From the NCBI GenBank assembly GCA_003971905.1, contig RSEE01000040.1, positions 310,001 to 374,000 of the forward strand: a stretch of 64,000 bases of DNA, written 5' to 3'. A model generated the notes under the pieces. It made no database searches and had not been told where the DNA came from. It saw only the letters and a program-made list of their open reading frames with translations. Below, piece after piece: positions 23,065 through 34,849 of this stretch (within the stretch, counting starts at the first letter, position 1; the number at the start of each line of letters is the position of its first letter). The DNA comes from Moniliella sp. 'wahieum'. Its lineage: Eukaryota. A program made the position numbers and the translations under genes.

Positions 23065-25285
23065 ATGCGCAAAATCACCCTCCCCTTCCCACGGCTGGCC
23101 CTTCTCCTCCTCACCACTCCCTCCGCCCGCATCTTTTGGCCTGGCGCCCTCTCCGCTCACCACTTGGAGCAGTAGCCGGCCTACTGCCCCTCTTCCCTTG
23201 AATCGTCGAGCTGGCCTTGACTCTCCCGTTCCCCCCAGCCCCTGCCCATCATGTCCCTCCCCAACAGGTACCACAATGGCTTGCTTGCCTGGGTCGTTGC
23301 CGCGCTGGCCGTGCGGCGACTCTACAAGGTATCTCGGCTGTTCCCATTGGCCGTGCCCCCTCGGCGCGCTATCGCCCGCCACGAATCGGGGTGCAAGGGC
23401 AAGTGGAGGAAGCGTCGGTGTATGAACGAGCGGAACAGTCCACTTCCTTTCCCCTCATCACAGACGACAGTCGTGTTGTGCATGCACCTCTCGAGCGGAT
23501 CGACTTACCTGATCATGTAGATGCCTTTGTGGTGCGTCTCCTTCTCGATCTGTTCTCTGATATGCGAAAACAAATATTAACCACACTTGGCGCTTGCAGG
23601 CGTTGGAGTACCACGTCTCGTTGGCCGAAACCAAGTTCTCCCACCTCCAACGACGCTCTCGTTCTATCTTGCAACGTCGGTCCCTTCTTGAGGGGGCAGA
23701 ACTGCGTCGTAGGACTGTGGATGAGTACATCGTGAGCAGGGTTCACGAACGAAGAGACTTGGTTTTGCCTCACGGCCGAATTGGAGCCGAACTCGGTCGC
23801 GGTGGTACAAGTTCGATGAAAGGGGCGGGAGGTGGCTTACAGCTGCTTGCGGCGCCTGTGCGCCCAACCGCTGATTCTTCATCGGTGTGGAACACTTACA
23901 GTGACAGCTTTGTTACCACCGCGGTGCCCGAACAATTCGCAGTTGCTACCCATCAACCCCTACTTTGTCAGTTGGCCACCAACGCTGGTCTTCCCACCAT
24001 CCATCCAGCCGGTCCAAGTCCCACCATGGATCTAAGCACAAGACCAGGACAGCAAAAGCTTCCGGTGCACTGTCGTCTACGGCTATATCCAAAGCGACCA
24101 GTGCCGCCGTCTTCCCCACCTTGAGCGGGCCTTCTAGTGCATCAGTGGTGGTGGGCACCGTTTCTCGAAATCGCTTGTGGGCGGACGCACCCCAGTCGTC
24201 CTCCCAAGCGTCCGTCAGTGGGTTTTCGCCCCTTGACCTCGAGGCGGCCAAAGCGGGCAACTTGACCAACAACAGTGGCAACGTGGCGCCGGATTCATTG
24301 GGATTGGCAATCGAGGGCAATGATGTGGGGTATGTGGCTACCGTCAGCATGGGAAGTAAGGCCAAGGTCTTTCGTCTGCTCATCGACAGCGGGAGTGCCG
24401 ATACCTGGCTCCCCGGAGAGGGATGTACAGCCTGTGGGAGTGGGCATACCCGCCTCGTCAAGGCCGACTCTACCTCCCTGCGCGACTTCCCTTCGCAGTC
24501 AGTCAACATTCGCTACGGTACAGGTCAATGTCAGGTAGTGTCGCCAGCGACACACTCGTCATCGGAGGCATGCACCTCGAAAATTTTACCTTTGCTCTGG
24601 CCAGCCAGACCAGTACCGAGTTTAGCGACTCGTCCGTTCCGTTTGATGGCCTGATGGGTCTCGCCAAACAAACCCTCTGCACCTATGGCGGTCCCACGCC
24701 GATTGATGCTCTGCACTCAGCTGGCTTGGTTGCTGCCCCCGTCATGGGGTACCGTCTGGGCCGTGTGGCCGATGGCCCGAATAACAACCATGGTGTTGTC
24801 TCCTTTGGGGGAGTGGACGGGAGTTCGATCCAAGGCTCGCTTGTCGAGGTGCCCAATGTGTCTCAAACTGGCTTTTGGGAGGCTACCCTGGACAAGATCA
24901 GTGTGAATGGGACGGATCTCAACCTGTCGGGTCGAACGGCCATCTTAGATACCGGCACCAGTCTGATGATTTTGCCCACTGCAGATGCACAAGCGTACCA
25001 CGACGCCATCCCCGATTCAATCCCAGATGGGCAGGGAGGCTGGACTGTTCCCTGCACTACCTCCGCCTCCCTTGCTCTAACGTGGGGGGGACTACATTTG
25101 CCATTGACCCCCGTGACCTGACTTGGTTGCCAGTCGACAAGTCCAATCTCCAGGGAAGGTGTGTGAGCGCCATCTCAGGTGGGGGGTCAGACAAGCAATG
25201 GCTTGTCGGCGCAACCTTCCTCAAGAACGTGTACTTGGCCACCAATGCGGCCAAGAACACGATTGGGCTCGGCCACTTGGCCTGA
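23065..25285 (+). CDS. Secreted A1 pepsin-like aspartic protease with a long N-terminal extension
   Basis: Catalytic motifs LLIDSGSADTW and AILDTGTSL; flap YGTG; FDGLMGLA; WLVGATFLKNVY. Signal-like start MRKITLPFPRLALLLLTTP. Intron about 23532-23600. Confidence 0.92.
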
Positions 25286-25611
25286 GAACCCAATGTTGAT
25301 TATATGCCAGTGTGCTCCCTGTGCTTCTCCCATTGCTTCCCTCAATCTCTGAGATTAACCCAGCTCCTCCTTCCCCCACGTCTCTGCCATGGGGCTCATT
25401 CGCCTCTTCCACGCGTTATCTATATTGGGCTTGGCCACATTCAAATCCATGCCCCATACCACCACTACCAGGGTGGTAGCTATTTTACAACTCATACAAG
25501 TTTCGGCGGGCGCCTGAGAGTCCGTACCTCCTTTCCCCTTCCGATCTATGGCACCGCCCGCCCGATAAGTGAGGTAGATACCAATATTGAAGTGAGATAT
25601 TGTGGTCGCAG

Positions 25612-27631
25612 CTACATGGGTACCAGTGACTGGGCGATGGCCGGTCGTCCAGCATGGCCTTGAACAAACGGCGCCATTCGAGCGGCGATCCGGACGACCG
25701 ATCGAACAAACGAGGGATTTGATGACGCCACGTTGACGCGGCCCCAGCGGTCGACCCATACGTTTCCATTAGGTGGCACTTGCGCTGGTCGGTGAGGGCC
25801 ACCATGATACGCGCGCCACGAGGTCGATAGGACGAGCCTGGGGCGGATGAACTTTCCTCCGAAGAAGAAGAGGACGAGGCGTCGAGCAAACGGCGCCACG
25901 CCAACTCTTCCTGGGTAAGCTGCTCCGAGTGAGGTGGCAAAGCTGGGGGAGTGAGAGCACGCATGCTGGTCACCAAACCTTCCATATCCACTTGATGCTG
26001 CAAGTCGATTCGCCGTTGATACTCAGATGAGCCAGGCAGATCTTCCTCCCCGTCAGCAGAGGGCCGAGGGTCCAAGGCGTAGACTTTGGTCTCTGCCTTC
26101 TTCTCTCGTAGGACCCGCATCACAGCCGAGACCACCTGCCACGACTCACTGGCCGAGAAGAAGCGAGTGGTCTGGGCGCTGAAGCGCGCCGCGTGACCGG
26201 CCACCTCGGTCCATTGGGTCATACCAGCCCACAGGGCTTGGAACTGGGTCGCCCCCGGGTTTTGGGTCAACGTTGCCCGGCGGCGGGCTCCGAGTTGGCT
26301 CATGGCCACCCCTACCGCCGGGGCCCCTTGGGACAAGGAGCCGTAGCCCGCCAGAGACATACTGGCTGGGGGCAATGGCAACGGAGCCGACTCGGTATCC
26401 AGATCCATCGCATCCTCCGTGTGGGAACCGAGCGGGTGGTGATGCGAGCTGAGCGCACTGGGTTGCGAGGCGGCGGGGATGGCAATGGGCTGGGCACGTT
26501 GCCCATCTGGGTGAAGATCCAGTGTCAAAGGCAAATTTCCTCCTTGGATCAAGGAACCCATCAACGCCTCAACAAGAGTTCCCGTGCGTTCTTCCTGGCT
26601 AGTCGTACCTTCGATCAAAGGGTTGGGTTGTATGAACCAGGGGTGCTGCTGAATCTGGGCCAACGTGAGGCGCGTCGCGGGATTGGGATCCAACATGGAT
26701 GTGAGCAAGTCTGGAGAGTTAAGAGTCAGGTGGGAACCAGCAGCAGTACACGGCGAGATAATGAGCCAAAAGAAAACATACCTAATGGTACCTCGGGATA
26801 TTGCACCAAGGCTCATGCTTGAGTAGATGACCGCGAACATAGGCTTGTATTCCGGAGCATAGCTGGTTGGTTCGTCCCAAGGTGTGTTTCCCACCAGAAG
26901 GGCAAAGAGAACCACTCCGGCAGACCACACGTCGACACCCTCGCCATGGTACGGGGTTCCATCATCTCAGGCGCAATGTAGGGCAGCGAGCCACATGCAC
27001 CCTTGAGCGCGCGTTCCTTGCCTTTGTAGCGGTAGACGCTGCACAGACCAAAGTCGGCAATCTTCAAGTCACCATCGGCAGAGAGGAGCAAATTTTCGGG
27101 TTTGATGTCCCGATGGACGATACCTTGACCATGGATGTACTCTAAACCCGCCACGAGTTGGCGGAAGTAAAATTGGGCAAGTTCTTCAGGGACGCCAACG
27201 TCAGGGGAGATCTTGTCAAACAAATCTCCACCCGCAGCGTACTCAAGAAGCATGTAGAGCCCTGGAACGTAGCTGCCAGCCGGCCGCGACTTGGTCCCAT
27301 ATTCCTCTGCGCCAAGGAAGCGGGAGGACATGGACGTGCTTCAGAAGCGAGTGGATCTGTACCTCCTTCTGCAGCGCTTGAGGGTTCGGTGCGTGCCGGG
27401 GGCCGGATCTGCCAGGAACGATGGGCATACGAAACGACCTTGCATGCCGCCTCGGGGGGGCGTGCGGCCGGGTTGACCGCCTTGTACACACGGCTGAAGC
27501 CACCGCCACCGAGAAGACGGGTGAGGTGGTAGCCCTTGATGGCCGGGTACCGCTGGCCGGTAGAGGACTGGGGCGCCTGGCTGTCCTGTGTAGGGGGGCG
27601 AGGGACGCCGAAGGCGACAGGACTGCGACAT
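25612..27631 (-). CDS. CHK1: Checkpoint kinase Chk1
   Basis: LGGGGFSRVYKA, LQKEVQIHSLLKH, LEYAAGGDLFDKISPDVGV, HRDIKPENLLL, DFGLCSVY, CGSLPYIAPE, LLVGNTPWDEPT. C-terminal Chk1 motifs TTRFFS and GSPLEWRRLFK. Intron 26711-26781. Confidence 0.95.
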
Positions 27632-28422
27632 GGGCCGGGAGGAGAGACGAGGTGAGGATCCTGCCTGCCACGACGGAAGACGCGAGGAGGGGTGCGATGA
27701 AGACGAGATGAGAGGGTCAAGAGCGGTGCGGTGGCGCCCTTGAAATTCGATGAAATGGGCCGCGTCGCGTCCACCTGCAGTGGCGGTGGCCCTAGCGCTG
27801 CGGAGCCAGCTGCAAGTTTCAACTTCCCTTTGAAAGATTACATTCAACTTTCAATGTTCCACTATTGGGCCTGCTATGCCATCGACCTCGGAGTGCTCGC
27901 TCTCGCTCGAACATCGCTACCCTCATTGCACAGCTACCCACTTTCCGCCTCCCCCGGCAACCAGATCTCGGCGCTGGGCTGGCTATGATCTCATGCAACG
28001 GCTGTTGCGGCTTTGCTCAAGGCGCGGTGGAAGTGCGCCGCCACCACTGCGGCAGTGTGTTTGAACTGACCTCATTTGCTGTGGTAATAGTAGCCGTTTT
28101 GGCTTGGCCATGGCCTCTACGAGAAGGGACAGCTGAGCAGTACACGCATTCCTTGGCCAGGCCAAGGGGGGCGAAGTATGGGTGTGTGGGAAGTCGAATG
28201 GAGCCCTGTCCCAAGTGAGGCTCTGCTACCTCCAACCATCTGAAAGTTCATGGGAGGCCCTTAGCCTCGGCTCATAAGACAAGCATGCACCGCGGGAGAG
28301 ATATCCCAAGGTCAACCATTTTGGTTTTGCAATCGACGCTATCGACTATCCCCATAATGGGGCATGGGTATGCTTCAATATGCAGTATGATTGTCGGGGG
28401 CAAGGGGACAACGATCCAAGGC

Positions 28423-29089
28423 TTAGTCTTGCCGCGACTTGAGTGTCCGCTCAATAACCTTGTCCGGGGTGCTACCGAAACCCAAAGTCAGTCCCACAAT
28501 GCAGAGAAGAGCAAAGCCGTGGAAACAAACATACATGACTCGGACCAAGATCCCGTAGCCAAGAGCGCGTCGCGCTCCAGTGCGCCCATGATAGTCTGGG
28601 AGATGGACTCAAACAGCTGGTCGGGCGAGAGATCGGGTTCCCACAGCCCTCAGCCATGCCAAATGGTTTCCGATGCGGGCCAGCCACGGCAAAGTCCTTG
28701 GGCAAGGTCATGTTGCCAATCAAGTCCATAGAGGTGATGAAGGGATTGTTGTCCTTGTCCAAACCCGCCACGACGGGCTCGACAAAGTAAGGCCGAAACG
28801 GCGCTCGTACAAGGTGGCTAACCAGCTTGGCAAGCGTGTAGGGCTCAATCTCCCGGTTCTCCTTCATGGTGTACAGATTGGTGCGTTGCCGGAACAATGT
28901 CCTGAGCGTTCGACATCGGAGGCGAGCCGGGGAGGCCAACGTAGGCCTTGGGCGTGATGCTAAACACCTTGGGGAAAGTGTTGCTCACGAGGAGCGCCTG
29001 GTTGCCCAGACGCAAGTCGGTCGCAATCGCCACACAGTTTTTGCCGGTCATCGCAATGACCGAGCCCCATTGTACTCCATAATACTCAT
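28423..29089 (-). CDS. PUP3: 20S proteasome subunit beta-3
   Basis: MSIMEYNG.SVIAMTGKNCVAIATDLRLGNQ, PYFVEPVVAGLD, MDLIG, DFAVAG, and C-terminal TPDKVIERTLKSRQD-stop after an intron at about 28472-28535. Confidence 0.95.
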
Positions 29090-29096
29090 CGTGGGC

Positions 29097-29153
29097 GGGT
29101 GGGCGGCTGTGCGGGGGGTGGGCGGCTGTGCGGCGGGTGGGCGGCTGTGCGGC
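29097..29153. repeat. 19-nt G-rich minisatellite x3, GGGTGGGCGGCTGTGCGG(G/C)
   Basis: Three adjacent copies (29097-29115, 29116-29134, 29135-29153), 8 nt upstream of the PUP3 ATG. Confidence 0.9.
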
Positions 29154-29629
29154 GGGGGGGAAGGCGGTGGGGAGGGGCGGGCTGACGCTGACGGCGGGGC
29201 AAGGCAACCAGCCAAGGCAGCCCAGCTGACGCGCTGACGAGGCCACAGCCGCACCACGCGTTTCCGCCCGGCGGAATGAGAGTTTAATGAGTTAAACGTT
29301 AAACTTGACGTTGGAGGGCTGGGCGCTGCCACGGGGCGCTGCCAGGATATATATGCACCTTTTCCGAGCGCTCGTGGGCGAGAAACGAGAGACGCTGTCG
29401 CAGCCCACCCTACAACCGAGCTGGAAGAAGCAAGACAGAATGGGATGGAGGCCAGGCGCTCTGTGGGGGAGGATCTACGATCTAAGACCCACACTCTCTA
29501 GGACATGCAAGCGCCAAGATTATGATAGGCATTACCAAAAAGGTGCCAGCAAACACACCCACACGCACCTTCCGAACGGAACGCGTTTGCCCTGGCAACC
29601 AGGCAAGCAGACGGAGCTCGCATAGGCTA

Positions 29630-32600
29630 TCACAGCACCAGCACCAGTTTACAATCTCCTCGCGCCACTGCGCCTGCTGTGCCAAGCGACGAAGCCACGC
29701 CACCTCCTCCTCGTGTGCTCGTCGGTCCTCTTCCTCTTCGCCCCAATCGTCCGCGGGCGTATGCGAGGGCGTACGTTTGGTCTCCATGTCCAAATCGGCG
29801 GTGTGCGCCGCCGCGCCCGGTCCGCCCGGCCCATTCGCGCGCTGCGGTGGCGCACCATCGAGCCAGAGGTGCGGCACGTAGGGGTAACACTCGGCTTTCC
29901 ATGCGGTCAGACGGGCAAGGAGCGCACGCTGCGTGCCCCGTCCGGGCCGGGCAGCGCGCTGGCTCGCCACGGCAACGATCCGCGCCAATGGGCCTGGTAG
30001 GGACGGTACATTCGACTCGGTCGGTACGCTGAGGCAGCCCGGGGCCATCTTGCGCTCATGGTGCCGGAGCGAGGCAGCGACCAAGACGGCGGGGACGGCG
30101 CCTTGGCGCGCATGCTCCGCGGCCGGGTTGGTACGTGGGCCCGTGACGAGCATCAGCGCACGGTCGAGAATCCAAACCGCTTCCTGGGCCAGGTCGCTTT
30201 GCTGCGTGTCGAGCTGGGCCAATCGGTGCACAATAGGCATATACTCCGTCGCCGCTTCCGCTGCGGTGAAGCGCGAAGCTATCGGAACCCGAAGAGCCTG
30301 CACAACCTGCTGGATCCATCGCGATCGCATCAATCGCAATCCCGCACCGTCCCAGTCGCACGGCCCGAGGACAGCCTGAGCCGCGTACGCTTGCGCCGAG
30401 CGAATCGCCTGCCACCTGGGCAGCTCGGGCAGCAGAAGAAACTTTCGTTCTACCGGTTCTTCCATCTCGACCAGCCACTGGCCGTGACGGAGAGTGACCT
30501 CATCGGCTCCGCCCGTAGGAGCATCGTTACCCGTCACCTCGGCGGCATTGCGAGCGAGCGGGGCCGCTTGGCCCAGTTGCAACTGAGTGAGCAGTGCCGT
30601 GTCAGTCATCGAATCCCACAGGAGAAGAATGGAATGGTTCTACATACCTCAAGCTCCATATCAGCAGGAAGGGTCATCGTGGCATCAACCCAAGATACCT
30701 GGTCTGCCTGCTTCGCCAAGGAAAAGAGGTCGGTGGCGGCGGAAGAGGGAGGTAGTGTCCTGGACGCGGTCGGGGTGGATACTAGGGGCCGAGGCTGGCG
30801 GGCGGGACTGCAAGTCCATCAGTGCTTTGCGGAGGTCCACGCCCCCGGGAACGTCGGCATAAAACGTCGTGCCCGCCGACAAGAGCCCATCATGAGGAAG
30901 AGCAGTTAAATAGGCCGCCGCGTCAGCGGGATAGGGGGAGCGCAGGCCTTCCACAAGCGAGGCCACAGCGTCGGGGAGCCGCTTGCCTTCAGCCAACGCC
31001 ACGGCTGCCAAGTACGCTCGCCCTACAGGTTCAGCGGGGGCTTGGATGGGGATGAGCTGGGGACGGTAGAGCAGACCGAGAGGAACTTGTTCCAGACTGT
31101 TGCAGGTGATCACTACGGGCCGCTGGGACTTGGTGGTCAAGTCGGCCACCGCGGCCCAAAAGCCGCGATCGTCATCAAACAGAATGTCCGCCTCTTCGAG
31201 GAGAAAGACGACCTGCTTCACCTTGGGCGATTCCGACCGACGGGGGCCCTCGTCGTCGGAAGAAGTCACAGAGGGATGCTGCGACACACCGACATGCCCA
31301 ACCGTACCACCATCCTTATCTTCCTCTTCCACTTGGCAAGCATGTGGGTCTGGTTGGGCCTCATCCGCAGGGTCTACCTCTTCGGCGCGATCCTACTTCG
31401 ATGGGGGAGTCGGCTTGGCCCAATTCCCGAGAAGCAGAACGAGGGGGCAGTTCCTCGTTCTCCTGCGGCCTAGCAGATCCGGGCGCCAGTTCGGAACCAG
31501 GAACAAGGATGTCTGGGGTCTTGCTCTTGCCAAACCAGCTCATCAAGTTCTTAGTTGCCGGTTTTGCGTTGGGTCGGGCCGGCTGCAGGGTGGGCGGGGC
31601 GGGGGTGGAGGAGTGCGAGGTGGGAGTAGATGCAGGTGCGGATTTTTGGGCTCTGGCAAAGGCCGCCATCAAGGCCCCCTTTTTGAGAGGCGCAACGGAG
31701 GCCGAGGTACCAGGCTTGAAGGCGCGACTGGTACGGGACGAAAGGGGTGTGGTGGCGAACCCCCTTCTGCCAATCGGGCCAAGAACATGGTTGCGAGTTG
31801 CTTCGCCCAACATTGCATCCAGAGCTTGGCCCGTCCGACGTCCCATACCCGGCCAAAGTTCAAGCACTTCAAACCCTTCCTGTGCCGCCGCTGCATACAC
31901 CAACGCGCTCTTGCCCACCCCAGAGGGACCGTAGAGAACGGCCACGCCCGGGCGCTGGGCGGGAGGCAAAGGCGAAGTAGCGGTGGTAGGGACGGCTGGT
32001 GCCTCGCCTGTGGGCCTAGGGGTGCCTGGGTTTGATGGGAGAATGGGATCCTCCCAATTCACTGCTTCAGACCTTGGACCAACCGGATCGCTGCTTGGCT
32101 CAGCACTGCTAGGGACAAGGCGGAAGGTACGTGCAGGTCGAGTGGCTCGGACCAAGGGAGACGTAAGCGGGTCCGATTGGACTGGCTGGAGTGAAGTCGC
32201 ACCCTGCTCTTCGCGAAGGCGTGGAGGTGGCGAGGACTCGGTGCCACAAGGCGTCCCTTCGTCTCGACGATGGTCACTTCCTCAGTTTCCTCAGGCACGA
32301 TAGAAGGTACGGGGGGCACTGACTCCGACAAAGGTGCCTGACCAAGCTGCTCACCTGTTCGTCGTTTTTTCATCCGGGGGACCGCATCTTCTGCCGCGGA
32401 GCAAACGGTGTTCATCTTTGGGTCGTCCAACGGATCAAGGGGAAGAGTGGAAGGTAGGTCGGTGGGCGTGGGCGTTGAAGCAGCGGGCGTTGAGATGGTG
32501 GGCGCATGGGTGACTCGGGGGGCTTGCGCCTAGACCTAGAACTAGAACTAGAACTAGAACTACCGCCCCGCTTCAGTCCGTGAGTGCGCTTCTTCCTCGC

Positions 32601-33949
32601 CATGGCCATGCGCTCCTCCTCCGCCTCGGCATCAAGACGGGCCAGCTCGGATTGTCGTTCGGCAGCCAGTTGACGAGCTCGGCGAGTAGGCCGACCAGTA
32701 GGTCTCGCATTCTCCGACAAAGGGCTGGGATCCCGAGTCACAGAGATGGGAGGCACTGATTCTTCCCTTTCAGAACGGGGCGGGGGCACTGCGGGGCAGA
32801 TGGGGGAGGACATGGGGGTGAGTAGGTCAGGTGAGTGGAGTCGGGGTACGGGAGTGAGTCGGTCCCGATCAGGGGTGGGAGAGTTGGGAAGCTGAGGGAC
32901 GATCGCTGCTGCTAGAGACGACGGCGGCCCCGCCACCGAAAGTGCGGGAGACGTGCCCCTCTCAGACGAGGGGGCGCAAGTGAAGGCGCAGGCGACTCAG
33001 CTGTCTCCCCTACAAGTTGGTCGGGCCCCAAGCGAGACGAAGTGGCGGGCGCGTTAGAGGAGGCAGGAGGTGTTTGCTTGTGAGTTCGCATCCGTTTCCT
33101 TTGCCCAATTAGGGAGTTGGCAGGGCCTAGTGCTGGGGAAGAGGGGAGGTGTGCAGCGCCATTGTCCAAGCCAGGCAGGACTGATTCCAGTCCAGATTGG
33201 GGTTGCACACGGGCCGCAGCGAACCACTTGGCTAAGAAATGGGCGGCCGTTTCGTTGGCGAGGCATTCGTCGGCATGAAGGGGCCGCCACTTGTCGGTCA
33301 GGAGATCGGATGAACACCCACGTTGGCCCAGGACTGGACTGGAAGGAGGAAGACCAAACGGGGTGGGTGAGAAGGGCTTCCCAGAATTGGCTTGGACGGC
33401 GGAAACCAGGCGGCACGGACGGCGGGGTGGGACCAGGCTGCGGCGACAGCGAGCTGGGTGGGCGGGTCGATGGCCGAGGAGAGCAAGGGCCAGAGCCAGG
33501 CGAGGGGGTCAGGGCTCGGCGCCAGGGGGGCGGGTGAAAGACTGGCCCAGGGTGCGGGGGATGCGGGCAGGGAGCCTGAGGCAGGGACAGCATGGCCGGG
33601 CGAGGCGGGGAGAGAGACATAGGGCGGGCCAGCAGGGGGGAACTCACGGTGCTGGGGCCCACGGGGTCGATGGGGAGCAGGGAGCCGGCGGGGCAAGGGA
33701 GAGGGCGAGGCCCGGGGAGATGGGGAGGCGGAGGCAAAGGAGGGACATGGACCATGGCTCGGCTGGGCCAGGGGGCGAGGCGGGGGGCGGGAGCGGGTGC
33801 GGATGAAGGTGCGGGTGCGGATGGAGGTGCAGATGGAAGGGCGGTGCGGGCGATGGGGGCGGCGGGGCGGAGGGCGGGCGGGGAGGCGGGGGGTCGGGTG
33901 TGGGCGGCGGGGCGCGCCGGCGGCGCCAGAGGGCGTCGAGGGTGGACAT
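29630..33949 (-). CDS. ELG1: Elg1/ATAD5 RFC-like clamp-unloader AAA+ subunit; ends approximate
   Basis: Walker A LYGPSGVGKSALVYAAA..GFEVLELWPGMGRR..LGEATRNHVL; Walker B FLLEEADILFDDDRGFW; SQRPVVITCN; DLRKALMDLQ. Long disordered N-terminus, putative start MSTLDALW. Confidence 0.88.
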
Positions 33950-34039
33950 GGGGTGTGGGCACCCGCCAGTGGAGGCGGGGCAGCAAGCGGTGGCCGGCGG
34001 GCGGTGTGGCTGCGTGAGGCGTGCTGCTGAGGCACGGGG

Positions 34040-34540
34040 CCGCACGCGACGTGACGCGACGCGACGCCCGCAACGCCTGGCTTCTGCTTGCGAGCGCCAG
34101 CCACGCCCACCGCTGGCTTTGAAATGTACTGTAGCCTGCGCTAGGGTTCGTCGCTCACCACGCGTAGGGGTAGTGCCCGACGCGACCCCTCTGACGTAGC
34201 CGGGTGTACAGCGGGTACCGTCACGCGTCACGCGTCATGTCTGTTGCGACTGGATGCCATCCGGGGGAGGATCGAGGGGGGCGAGGGCACAACGATCAGC
34301 CACGTCTTCCTCCGCTGGGTTGGTTCTTTCTGCTGGAGGTGTGCTGCCTGCTGCATGCTACCCGGTGCCTTCTTTCTCGCACAGAGAAGCGGCGAGCAAC
34401 ACGCTGCGCACTACGCACTGGGCCTGGGCGCTGGGAGAGCAGGCAGGGCGGCGTGACGCGCGGGACGCGTGAAGCTTGGCGGCACAGGCGCATGGCACAG
34501 GGGCTGTGTGCCGAGTAGCGAGGGGGCTGTGCGTCACGTG
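34040..34540. promoter_or_regulatory. Divergent ELG1/MCA1 promoter with an MCB-like (ACGCGT) cluster
   Basis: ACGCGT at 34160, 34223, 34230 and 34465, several further ACGCG cores at about 34044-34065 and 34180, and GTCACGTG at 34533. Confidence 0.6.
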
Positions 34541-34849
34541 TCCCACCACCCACGCTCCCCGCACTGAGCGTACTGCGGCCTGCTGCGGCTGGCAGGCGCA
34601 AGGGTGTGGTGCAGCCACTCGGCGGCCGCCCCTGCAGCCGCGATTGGCGGTGCCCACCGGGTACCAGCGCAGTGTGGTGGGCGCTACCCAGGCCCGTGCG
34701 CAGCAGCCCACTGCGGCCTCATACTCGCCCAGTGCCCATGCTCAACCACATTCCTGCCCATTATGCCCCTCCTACTCGCCCCCCCCCCCCCGACGTGGCA
34801 CCCCAGTGGCACCCCCTAACCTCCCCGTCTTGCCACCACCAACTCCACC

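Noticed and set aside
32530..32562. (CTAGAA)n hexamer repeat
   Set aside because: It simply encodes a poly-Ser tract in the Elg1 N-terminus.
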